Shown piece by piece: positions 50,041-58,395 of a stretch of DNA of 64,000 bases; the first letter of the stretch is position 1; each line of letters opens with the position of its first letter. Location: contig JBKEAN010000056.1 of NCBI GenBank assembly GCA_047972415.1, positions 9,111-73,110 on the forward strand, in the 5' to 3' direction. The DNA comes from Mangrovibacterium sp. (GTDB lineage Bacteria > Bacteroidota > Bacteroidia > Bacteroidales > Prolixibacteraceae). The translations under genes were made by a program, and so were the position numbers. The notes under the pieces were generated by a model. That model worked only from the letters and a program-made list of their open reading frames with translations, searched no databases and was not told where the DNA came from.

Positions 50041-50566
50041 CATATCAGGTAAGCGATAAAAAGCTGCTCCGATAGATGAGGACAAAGGGAAAGCTTTTAG
50101 TTAAGCCGGAACCAAGTCGAACGAATCGAAAGATTCGCCGTTTAAACGAGCCGAGGTTTACAGAAAAAGCGGAGTAATTCGCGAAGGATGTAATCAGAAC
50201 AAAAGTCGCCAAGCGTTCATTTTAGTTTTGACCAAACAGGGGCTTATCAACGGTGGAGACACCGGACGAAAAGTTGTAGGCTGAAAGTTGAAAACTGGAA
50301 GCTTGCCGATGGGGATGACTGAAATCGAAAGACTTCACGCTCCGGAAACCTGCGAGGACTTCGTTTGGGAAGGTGCACCTATGTACCGAACAAACGTCCG
50401 GATGGGTTTACCTTAGCTGGTAAATTTTAACGGGTCAGGGCTCGGAAGATTGGGAAACCATTCAACCAAAGCCGGCTTCAATAACAGTAGCCTGACATGG
50501 ATGTTGCTTTGAGCAGCAAAAGTGAATGGGAGCTATTCATACCGAGTAACTCCCATTATTGTTTTT
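50041..50566 (+). ncRNA. Candidate large structured non-coding RNA (~520 nt), family unassigned
   Basis: No ORF of 60 aa or more in any frame; 5'/3' closing helix; nested long-range helices; five GNRA-capped hairpins; promoter-like TATCTTTA at 50032-50039; terminator at the 3' end. Confidence 0.7.
50525..50566 (+). terminator. Intrinsic terminator closing the candidate ncRNA
   Basis: AATGGGAG-CTATTC...GAGTAA-CTCCCATT followed by ATTGTTTTTT. Confidence 0.7.
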
Positions 50567-50581
50567 TATAGGGTCAGTCGG

Positions 50582-50863
50582 GGGTCAAGCGGAAAAGTTG
50601 GGGAGGTTGATTTTTTAGGCATAAATATTGGCTAAGCGAAACAGAAAAAAAGTTACACTTCTGACTCCACGGAAAGCAGCTCGAAACGCTTTAATCTTAG
50701 CGTTGAAAGATTCCGCTGAAGCATTTGTACTGCGGTTAACGAAGTAGTTGAGGATGTTCTGATAGTGTGCCTGGATTGAGTTTGAAACCGTGCCAAATGA
50801 CTTAAACCCGGATTTCTCTACCCTGTCGTACCATCTGACCAGTTTGGTATAGGCTATACCAAA
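50582..50863 (-). mobile_element. ISL3-family remnant (transposase C-terminus plus right end)
   Basis: YTKLVRWYDRVE...ILNYFVNRSTNASAESFNAKIKAFR...RGV...FFLFRL is an ISL3 transposase C-terminus (stop at 50615). An IR-like GGGTCAAGCGGAAAAGTTGGGG lies at 50582. The N-terminal part is missing. Confidence 0.85.
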
Positions 50864-51026
50864 TTGATAGCGAAAAATTATCTTGCCAGTACATTTGTTC
50901 ACAACAACAACTAAACAAAGTACTCCGTTTGCCCGAATCCACGCCCCGGGATATAGCATTTCAATATGAGATGCCGTATATTTGTTATTTACGTTAAAAA
51001 TAAACCGCTGCGATAACTGCTGCCCT

Positions 51027-51386
51027 ATGAAAATATTGATTGCCGAAGATGTAGAGTCAAACTTTCTGTACCTGAATGCTGTGTTAGGTAAGGGGGATAC
51101 CGAAATCGTTTGGGCAAAAAATGGCCATGAGGTTGTTGAGCTGTATAAACAGCATCAAAATGTAAACCTGATATTAATGGATTTGCAAATGCCCGAAATG
51201 AATGGCTATGAAGCCACCCGGATAATAAAGGAACTAAACCCCAAAGTACCGATTATTGCACAAACAGCCTTTGCGATGTCGGAAGACCGAGACAAAGCCC
51301 TGGAAGCCGGCTGCGACGATTATTTGGCTAAGCCCATCCGTTCGAAAGACCTGATTAACCTGGTCGAAAAATTTATGCACACCTAG
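51027..51386 (+). CDS. Single-domain response regulator (receiver)
   Basis: MKILIAED, ILMDLQMPEMNG, AQTA, DDYLAKP. Start placed at ATG 51027. Confidence 0.9.
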   Translation: MKILIAEDVESNFLYLNAVLGKGDTEIVWAKNGHEVVELYKQHQNVNLILMDLQMPEMNGYEATRIIKELNPKVPIIAQTAFAMSEDRDKALEAGCDDYLAKPIRSKDLINLVEKFMHT

Positions 51387-51407
51387 GTTTTTTCACCTTC
51401 AACATTC

Positions 51408-51443
51408 AAAAACGTCCGGTTCAGAATTGAGCCGGACGTTTTT
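51408..51443 (+). terminator. Intrinsic terminator (potentially bidirectional)
   Basis: AAAAACGTCCGGTTCA-GAAT-TGAGCCGGACGTTTTT. Confidence 0.8.
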
Positions 51444-51506
51444 CGTTCCTGTTTATAGCACAAAAAACCGGGCAATGATTACTTTTGGAAAATTCTGAAA
51501 ACACTC

Positions 51507-51932
51507 ATGGACAGCAAACAATATCAACTAGACAAGCGGTACCTGAAAATGGCCGCTATTTGGGCGCAAAACTCCTATTGCAAACGCCGCCAAGTAGGCG
51601 CCATCCTTGTTAAAGATAAAATGATTATTTCGGACGGCTACAACGGAACCCCTTCCGGGTTCGAGAATAATTGCGAAGACGACAACTTCAAAACCAAACC
51701 TTACGTGTTACATGCCGAAGCCAATGCCATTACCAAAGTAGCCAAATCGGGCAATAGCAGCGACGGGGCAACCCTTTACGTCACTTCGTCCCCCTGTCTC
51801 GAATGCTCCAAACTCATTATTCAGGCCGGTATTAAACGAGTTGTTTTTTACGACAATTACCGTCTCGAAGATGGTATTGACCTGCTGAAAAGGGCCGAAA
51901 TTGAAGTCATACAAGTGAATATTGACGAATAA
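51507..51932 (+). CDS. dCMP deaminase family protein
   Basis: GYNGTP, HAEANAI, PCLEC; TACTTTTG promoter element at 51480-51487. Confidence 0.93.
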   Translation: MDSKQYQLDKRYLKMAAIWAQNSYCKRRQVGAILVKDKMIISDGYNGTPSGFENNCEDDNFKTKPYVLHAEANAITKVAKSGNSSDGATLYVTSSPCLECSKLIIQAGIKRVVFYDNYRLEDGIDLLKRAEIEVIQVNIDE

Positions 51933-51950
51933 TACAGATTACGAAAGAAC

Positions 51951-53585
51951 ATGAATAAACGGACAACAATCTTACTTCCCCTACTGATTGCCGTGTCGGT
52001 AATTATTGGTATTTTTCTAGGTAACCACCTAAAATACAAATCATCAAACTTTAGCACCGCAAACTTTGCCAGTCCTCAGCCCGACAAACTCAGTACCATT
52101 ATCGACCTGATAAAAAATGCCTATGTCGACTCGGTGAACACCGATAAACTGGAAGAAGAAGCCATTCCGGTACTGCTTAAAAACCTCGACCCGCACTCGA
52201 CATACATCCCAACAAGCGATATGCAGGAAGTAACCGAAGAAATGCAAGGCAACTTTGGTGGTATTGGCGTTCAGTTTACCATTCACAACGATACCGTACA
52301 GGTGGTCGATGTCATTTCGGGCGGGCCTTCGTCGAAACTGGGTATTTTGCCCGGCGACCGGATTGTGCAAGTAAACGATTCGCTGATTGCCGGAAACGGC
52401 GTAAAAAACGAAACTGTTCTGAAACTGCTCCGCGGCGAAAAAGGCACTAAAGTAAATGTGGGTATCAAGCGTAAAGGCATTAACGACGTGATGCAGTTTG
52501 ATATTACCCGTGGCGACATCCCCCTGATTAGTGTTGATGTAAGTTATATGATAAACGACAGCACCGGCTACGTAAAAGTGAGCCGCTTTGCCGAAAAAAC
52601 CTATGCCGAATTTATGCAGCAAACCGACGAACTGAATAACCAGGGAGCCCGGCAGCTCATTATCGACCTGCGCTGAAACCCCTGCGGTTACCTGATGGCT
52701 GTGGTTAAAATGGTAAACGAATTCCTGCAACAAGGCGACCTAATTGTATACACCGAAGGACATTCGCAGCCGCGCAAAACCTATAATGCCACCGGAAAAG
52801 CCCGCTGGACTGACAAGCGCGTATTTGTATTGATTGACGAATATTCGGCATCGGCCAGCGAAATTTTTGCAGGCGCCATGCAGGATAACGACAAAGCCGT
52901 TATTGTTGGCCGCCGCTCCTTTGGCAAGGGACTGGTACAGGAGCAAATACCGTTTACCGACGGCTCGGCCCTGCGCCTTACCGTGGCCCGCTATTACACA
53001 CCCAGCGGCCGCAGCATCCAAAAACCATACGAAGAAGGCGTGGGCGAATACTACCACGATATTATGAACCGGGCCGTACACGGCGAATTCCAGGAAGCCG
53101 ACAGCATTCACTTTGCCGATACCCTGCGCTACCAAACCAAAGGTGGGCGCACCGTTTATGGCGGCGGCGGCATTATGCCCGACTATTTTGTCCCGCTCGA
53201 TACTACCGGCTATTCCGACTACTACTCCAAAATTGCCCAGCAAGCCCTGGTGTACAATTTTGCCCTCGATTTTACCGATCGCTCCCGCAACCAACTGAAA
53301 ACCAAAACATCGGCAACCGAGCTGGTTAGCTACCTTCGGGCACAAAAAATTCTGGAGCAATTTGTTGCTTTTGCCGAAAAGAAAGGGGTAGCACGAAGCA
53401 ACGAAGGCCTGCGGGTTTCGGGAAAAATTATTGAAACCCAACTGATGGCCTACATTGCCAGAAACACCATTGGCGACAAAGGCTTCTTCCCTATCATCCA
53501 GGAAATTGACAACACCCTACTAAAAGCCATCGAACTTTCGGGCGAAAAAAGAAGCTTAAACCAACTTTTAACTGTAACAAAATAA
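51951..53585 (+). pseudogene. S41 C-terminal processing protease (Prc/CtpA) interrupted by in-frame TGA at 52674-52676
   Basis: Both ORFs are in the same frame: LDPHS, PDZ domain, IIDLR*NPCGYL, SASASEI, SFGKGLVQ, ARYYTPSGRSIQ. Confidence 0.8.
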
Positions 53586-53598
53586 GCCTTCAGTCGTC
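53573..53598 (+). promoter_or_regulatory. ECF-type promoter upstream of the sigma gene
   Basis: TGTAAC-N16-CGTC; the same motif recurs at 55186. Confidence 0.6.
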
Positions 53599-53626
53599 CT
53601 ACGAGGGAAAACGCACAGAAAACCTC

Positions 53627-54109
53627 ATGACAGCTGACCAGTTTAACACGGTCGTAAAACAATATGCCGACGGAATTTTTCGATTTGTTTTGAAAAATAT
53701 ACGCGACCACGAAAAAGCGCGCGATATTGTTCAGGACAGCTTCGAAAAACTTTGGATGCACCGCGACCAGGTATCGCCCGAAAAGCTGAAAGCTTACCTG
53801 TATACCACAGCTTATCACCGCCTTATCGATCTTGTGCGTAAAGACAAGCGCCTGAATATGGTTGACGAAGTACGCTCCGAAGACGTTCATCTGGAGCAAT
53901 ATTCGGATGTGTACGAAGTGCTGAACAAGGCCATTCTGCTGCTGCCAAACGACCAGCGCTCGGTATTACTGCTGCGCGACTACGAAGGCTATTCGTACAA
54001 AGAAATAGCTGATATAACAACACTTACCGAAGCCCAGGTGAAAGTTTACATTTACCGGGCACGTGTATTTTTGAAAAATTACATTGGTAAAATGGACGTA
54101 TTAGTTTGA
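53627..54109 (+). CDS. ECF RNA polymerase sigma factor
   Basis: Region 2 ARDIVQDSFEKLW; region 4 LLLRDYEGYSYKEIA...VKVYIYRAR. Confidence 0.93.
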   Translation: MTADQFNTVVKQYADGIFRFVLKNIRDHEKARDIVQDSFEKLWMHRDQVSPEKLKAYLYTTAYHRLIDLVRKDKRLNMVDEVRSEDVHLEQYSDVYEVLNKAILLLPNDQRSVLLLRDYEGYSYKEIADITTLTEAQVKVYIYRARVFLKNYIGKMDVLV

Positions 54110-55182
54110 AAGAAATGAACATTGACAGGTCAAATTACGAAAGCTTTTTTATTGACTACATTGACGGCACCCTGCCCGATGAGTTGATAAATGATTTGTT
54201 GGATTTTCTGTCTGCCAATCCCGATTTGGCTGAAGAAGTAAAAACCGTTTCCACGATAAAACTTCAACCCGAAAAACTGACCTTTCCTGATAAAAACAGC
54301 CTGTTTAAACCAACTACCCCACAAGCCGAACCCGCCGATTACAGGGCAGTGGCTTATTTTGAAGGCGATTTGCAGGACAAGGAAAAGGCTGCTTTTGAAA
54401 CCGAACTTGCCGAAAACGATGAGCTGCTGAAAACAATGCAATTACTGGCAAAAACCAAATTGCAGCCCAACCTCGCAGTTGTTTTTCCCGATAAAGAAAA
54501 ATTGCAACGAAAAAACCGGCGTACGGTTTACCTGCGCTGGGTGCAGGCAGCTGCGGTTTTGTTATTGTTTGCAGGCCTTTGGGCTGTTTTGCCCCGAAAC
54601 AAGGTGTTGGAACCCGAACAACCGCTGGCACAACAACAAACAGCGGCCCCAATGCCAGAACAAAACCCAACAAACAAAAAACAATTACCCGGATTGACGG
54701 CAAACGCCGAAAATCCGGAACAAACTACCGCGCAAAAACCAACAAACCAAGTTGTAAAAAACCAAGCCCAAACCCATCAGCTTCGGGCTAAAGCAAATAA
54801 TAACCAAACACCCGAAGAAAACACAATCAACCAATTGCCCCAACGCGAACCTGCTCCCGACAAAATCCGGCCACTATTGCAACCTGTTGCAATTGCAGGT
54901 TTCAACCCGCAAAAAGTACGGATGGAAATTGCTGCACCGGTTGCAGCCGAACCGGTGCAGCAAACCCTGTCGGTTGAACAATACCTGGCGCACAAGCTGG
55001 TATCGGCACCCAAAGGCGAAAACTTTACCCTGGCCAACCTGTCCAACGCAGGGCTCACCGTTGCCCAAAACCTGAGTAACGACCGGCTAGAAGTGGAGCG
55101 AGCCGAAAACGGCCGCCCCGGACAAATCCGGTTTGAAAGTCGCCTGCTCGCTTTTTCCATCCCAATCAATAAAAACCGTTAG
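54106..55182 (+). CDS. Putative transmembrane anti-sigma factor
   Basis: Overlaps the sigma stop; NYESFFIDYIDGTL N-terminus; single TM helix; Gln/Pro/Asn-rich C-terminal linker. Confidence 0.7.
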   Translation: MKEMNIDRSNYESFFIDYIDGTLPDELINDLLDFLSANPDLAEEVKTVSTIKLQPEKLTFPDKNSLFKPTTPQAEPADYRAVAYFEGDLQDKEKAAFETELAENDELLKTMQLLAKTKLQPNLAVVFPDKEKLQRKNRRTVYLRWVQAAAVLLLFAGLWAVLPRNKVLEPEQPLAQQQTAAPMPEQNPTNKKQLPGLTANAENPEQTTAQKPTNQVVKNQAQTHQLRAKANNNQTPEENTINQLPQREPAPDKIRPLLQPVAIAGFNPQKVRMEIAAPVAAEPVQQTLSVEQYLAHKLVSAPKGENFTLANLSNAGLTVAQNLSNDRLEVERAENGRPGQIRFESRLLAFSIPINKNR

Positions 55183-55185
55183 GCT

Positions 55186-55212
55186 TGTAACAAAGCCAGC
55201 AGGCAACCCGTC
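55186..55212 (+). promoter_or_regulatory. ECF-type promoter upstream of OM beta-barrel gene
   Basis: TGTAAC-N17-CGTC. Confidence 0.55.
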
Positions 55213-55263
55213 ATAGGGCTAATCAACTAAGTACGATTCAAAAAAAAAGCTTAAAATCACGTT

Positions 55264-56211
55264 ATGAAAAAAATAATTTTACTCGCGCTACTCGCAGTAC
55301 TGGCCGTTTCAACTCGGGCGCAGGATACCACCACGGTGAAAATAATCAGGAAAAACATTGTAACCGTAAACGAAAAAACCGGCCAAACCGAGGTGAGTTT
55401 GCTCAACGATCAAATCAACATTCAGGATAAATACCACAGCGATACTACCATTATCCGGATTGGACGTAAAAGTGTCGAAATTATTGAAGGCGACGGTCGC
55501 ACCTATGTGAATGTTTTCCGGAAAGACAGCCTGACCCGCAGCCAATGGCGCAACACCCGCAAACCCTTTAACGGGCACTGGGCTGGTTTTGAGCTGGGTG
55601 TAAACGGGTTGTACGGAACCGATTACAGTCTTTACCAACTAACCAATTATGTAATGCCGGAAGGTGTGCCCGATGAGTTTATGGAACTGAAACAAGCCGC
55701 TTCGCTCGAAGTGAACATCAATGTGCTGGAATTTAACGTTGCGTTGAAAGAGCACCGCATTGGCCTGGTTTCGGGACTGGGTTTCCAATGGAACAATTAC
55801 AAATTCGACAATCCGGTGGGCATTGACAAAACCAGCGCCGGAATTATTGAGCCATTCCCAATTGAAGAACACAATTTCAAAAAATCGAAACTGATGGTAT
55901 CGTACCTCACCCTTCCGCTCATGCTCGAATTTCAGTTCCCGGTAAACGGAAACCGCAACACCATGTACCTGAGCGGCGGTATGATTGGCGCCCTCAACCT
56001 GGGTTCGCACACCAAAATTAAAAACGACAGCTCCAAGGACAAAGATCGTGGAAGTTTCAACATCAACCCCTTTAAATATTCGGCAGTTGGCCGTATCGGG
56101 TTCGGCGACTTCTCGCTTTACGCCACCTATAGCTTCTCCAGCCTGTTTAAAGACGACAAAGGCCCCGAAATGTACCCCTTCAGCATCGGGATTGCACTGG
56201 TCAATTTTTAA
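55264..56211 (+). CDS. Outer-membrane beta-barrel protein
   Basis: Signal peptide; FNGHWAGFELGVN; KSKLMVSYLTLPLMLEFQ; C-terminal Phe. Confidence 0.8.
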   Translation: MKKIILLALLAVLAVSTRAQDTTTVKIIRKNIVTVNEKTGQTEVSLLNDQINIQDKYHSDTTIIRIGRKSVEIIEGDGRTYVNVFRKDSLTRSQWRNTRKPFNGHWAGFELGVNGLYGTDYSLYQLTNYVMPEGVPDEFMELKQAASLEVNINVLEFNVALKEHRIGLVSGLGFQWNNYKFDNPVGIDKTSAGIIEPFPIEEHNFKKSKLMVSYLTLPLMLEFQFPVNGNRNTMYLSGGMIGALNLGSHTKIKNDSSKDKDRGSFNINPFKYSAVGRIGFGDFSLYATYSFSSLFKDDKGPEMYPFSIGIALVNF

Positions 56212-56236
56212 CCGCCAATTCGCACACAATCAACAT

Positions 56237-56265
56237 AGAAGGCTTGCCGTTGGCAGGTCTTTTTT
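56237..56265 (+). terminator. Intrinsic terminator
   Basis: AGAAGGCTTGCC-GTT-GGCAGGTCTTTTTT. Confidence 0.7.
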
Positions 56266-56280
56266 CGTTTTAACCAACAG

Positions 56281-56545
56281 CCAAACAGCCGTTGCAGCAG
56301 CCCAAGCAGGCATTGTTTAAGTTGAAGTGGTTGTTGCACCAACCCAAGCAGGCATTGCAGCAGTCGAACCTGACATTGTTTCACCCAAACCTGACATTGT
56401 TTCAGGTCGAGCAGGCATTGCAATACTCGGAGCAGGCATTGCAGTAGTCAAACCTGACGTTGTTTCACCCAAACCCGACATTGTTTCAGGCCAAGCAGTC
56501 GTTGCAGCAGGCAAAGTAGTTATTGTTTAGGTTGAAGCAGGCATT
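56281..56545. repeat. Degenerate 21-bp-period tandem repeat (about 12-13 units)
   Basis: AGCAGGCATT at 56305, 56347, 56410, 56431 and 56536 (all offsets multiples of 21); 60-bp near-duplicate at 56347-56406 and 56431-56490. Confidence 0.85.
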
Positions 56546-56774
56546 CATAATGGTGTTTCCATTACTTTTCAAATTGGTAGCCCATCCCAAAAACCCGGAT
56601 GAAGCAAAAATTTTCCAATAAGCATGAGGTTCCTTATTTTTTACAAAATCCAATTTGGCCGGACACGATGGTTTCAAAACCAAAATTGATGTTTACATTT
56701 GTAGGAACGGCTTTGTTTTTTAGTTAAAAAATTGGCACTCCGAAGCCTGATTATAAACCAAAATCAGAATACGT

Positions 56775-57584
56775 GTGAATAAGTACGGATGGCTTTTATT
56801 TCTTTTCTTGCTGACTTCGGCCGGGAGTTTTGCACAAAACCAGGACACGGCGGCCTTTCAGCCCGATAGTTTACAAGCCGACAGTACCCTGCAAATACTA
56901 AGCTTCGACCTGAATCCAAGCCAGGGTTTCAACTTTTGGGAAGAACGGTTTAAAGGGAACTGGGCAGGTGTGTTTCTGGCAGTGAATGATTTTGACCGGG
57001 CCGACTATTCGATGTACAACGGTTCGGAAGACGGGTTTCTGGAAACCAGTCTTTGGAAATCAAACAGTTTGAGCATTAACCCCATTCAGGTATCGATGCG
57101 ATTGCAGCGGAACCGCAACTTTATTGGCCTGGTTACTGGCCTGGGCCTGGATTTACAGTCGTACCGCCTTGATGCGGCAACCAGTATCCGCAAAGGGGAA
57201 CAAGGTATTGAACCGGTACACCTGAGCTACGAGGACAATCAGAAATCGAAGTTTTCATCCACCTACCTCACCCTCCCGCTACTGCTCGAATTTCAGATTC
57301 CGATGGGAAATTATAACCGCCGGTTATATTTTTCGGGTGGCGTTATCGGGAGCCTCCGGCTGGCAAGCCACACCAAAGTGAAATACCGTATTGACGGTAA
57401 GCGCCAGAAACTGAAAACCCCCGGCGATTTTTACCTGCGCGATACCCGCCTCTCGGGAACCATACGCATGGGTTACCGATGGATAAACCTGTTTGCAACC
57501 TACGACTTTTACCCGCTGTTTAAAGACGACAGAGGACCGGTTTTGTACCCGTTCTCGGTTGGTGTGGGGCTGGTTAAATTTTAA
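56775..57584 (+). CDS. Outer-membrane beta-barrel protein (paralog of 55264..56211)
   Basis: FKGNWAGVFLAVN; KSKFSSTYLTLPLLLEFQ; LFKDDRGPVLYPFSVG; C-terminal Phe; TACATTTG promoter element at 56694-56701. Confidence 0.8.
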   Translation: MNKYGWLLFLFLLTSAGSFAQNQDTAAFQPDSLQADSTLQILSFDLNPSQGFNFWEERFKGNWAGVFLAVNDFDRADYSMYNGSEDGFLETSLWKSNSLSINPIQVSMRLQRNRNFIGLVTGLGLDLQSYRLDAATSIRKGEQGIEPVHLSYEDNQKSKFSSTYLTLPLLLEFQIPMGNYNRRLYFSGGVIGSLRLASHTKVKYRIDGKRQKLKTPGDFYLRDTRLSGTIRMGYRWINLFATYDFYPLFKDDRGPVLYPFSVGVGLVKF

Positions 57585-57609
57585 CAATTAAAACCGAAAA
57601 AAATACATT

Positions 57610-58326
57610 ATGAAACTACTTTTAAGCAGTAATTCAACCATGCCCGGCGAAGAATACCTGGGATTTCCGATACCGCATATCCAAAAATTTTTAGGTAATA
57701 AACCGGTTAAAGCGCTTTTCATTCCTTTTGCCGCTGTCACCTTCAGTTTCGACGAATACGAGGCCAAAGTGAACGAAGCATTCGCCCGAGTTGGGCACAG
57801 TGTGGTAGGTATCCACCATTTTGAGAACCCGCTAAAAGCAATTGAACAGGCCGAAGCCATTGTGGTTGGCGGTGGAAATACCTGGCAACTGGTGCGCATG
57901 TTGCACGACCAAAACCTGATGATGCCCATCCGCCGCAAGGTACAAAGCGGGACACCTTATATTGGATGGAGCGCCGGCTCAAATGTTGCCTGTCCCACCC
58001 TGCGTACCACCAACGATATGCCCATTATCGACCCAACCAGTTTTAACACCACCGGCTTGATACCTTTCCAAATAAATCCGCATTACATGGATGCCAACCC
58101 CGACGGACATGCCGGCGAAACCCGAGAACAACGCATTCGCGAGTTCATCGAAATCAATCCGCTAACCTTTGTGGTTGGTTTGCGCGAAGGCACTTTGCTG
58201 AAACTCGAAAGCGACAAACTCGATTTAATAGGAAACCGTTCGGCACGCATTTTCAGGCAAGGAATGGAACCGCTGGAGCTGAATGCCGGCGATGATTTTA
58301 AATTTTTGATGAAGCAGCCCAAATAA
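57610..58326 (+). CDS. pepE: Dipeptidase E (peptidase S51)
   Basis: LLLSSNST, VGGGNT, GWSAGSN, TTNDMPI, QINPHY, HAGETRE. Confidence 0.95.
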   Translation: MKLLLSSNSTMPGEEYLGFPIPHIQKFLGNKPVKALFIPFAAVTFSFDEYEAKVNEAFARVGHSVVGIHHFENPLKAIEQAEAIVVGGGNTWQLVRMLHDQNLMMPIRRKVQSGTPYIGWSAGSNVACPTLRTTNDMPIIDPTSFNTTGLIPFQINPHYMDANPDGHAGETREQRIREFIEINPLTFVVGLREGTLLKLESDKLDLIGNRSARIFRQGMEPLELNAGDDFKFLMKQPK

Positions 58327-58342
58327 CCCAGATACAATCAGT

Positions 58343-58372
58343 TACCCCGAAGTAAATTCGGGGTATTTTTTT
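58343..58372 (+). terminator. Intrinsic terminator after pepE
   Basis: TACCCCGAA-GTAAA-TTCGGGGTA followed by a T-run. Confidence 0.8.
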
Positions 58373-58395
58373 ATTTTAAAAGAAACGGAAACAGA

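Noticed and set aside
50041..50566. RNase P RNA, tmRNA, rRNA fragment or intron
   Set aside because: No GAGGAAAGUCC core, no tRNA-Ala-like ends, no recognisable rRNA sequence or group II domain V, and it interrupts no gene. A covariance search is still needed.
50860..50959. N-terminal part of the 114-aa ORF 50615..50959 as real coding sequence
   Set aside because: Transposase similarity starts only near IAYTKL; the upstream codons look like chance open frame.
52674..52676. Genome-wide TGA reassignment
   Set aside because: Many intact genes here end in TGA (e.g. guaB at 31712, ECF sigma at 54109), and no other conserved gene has an internal TGA.
56281..56545. CRISPR array
   Set aside because: The units are contiguous, degenerate 21-mers with no unique spacers, and no cas genes are in the window.
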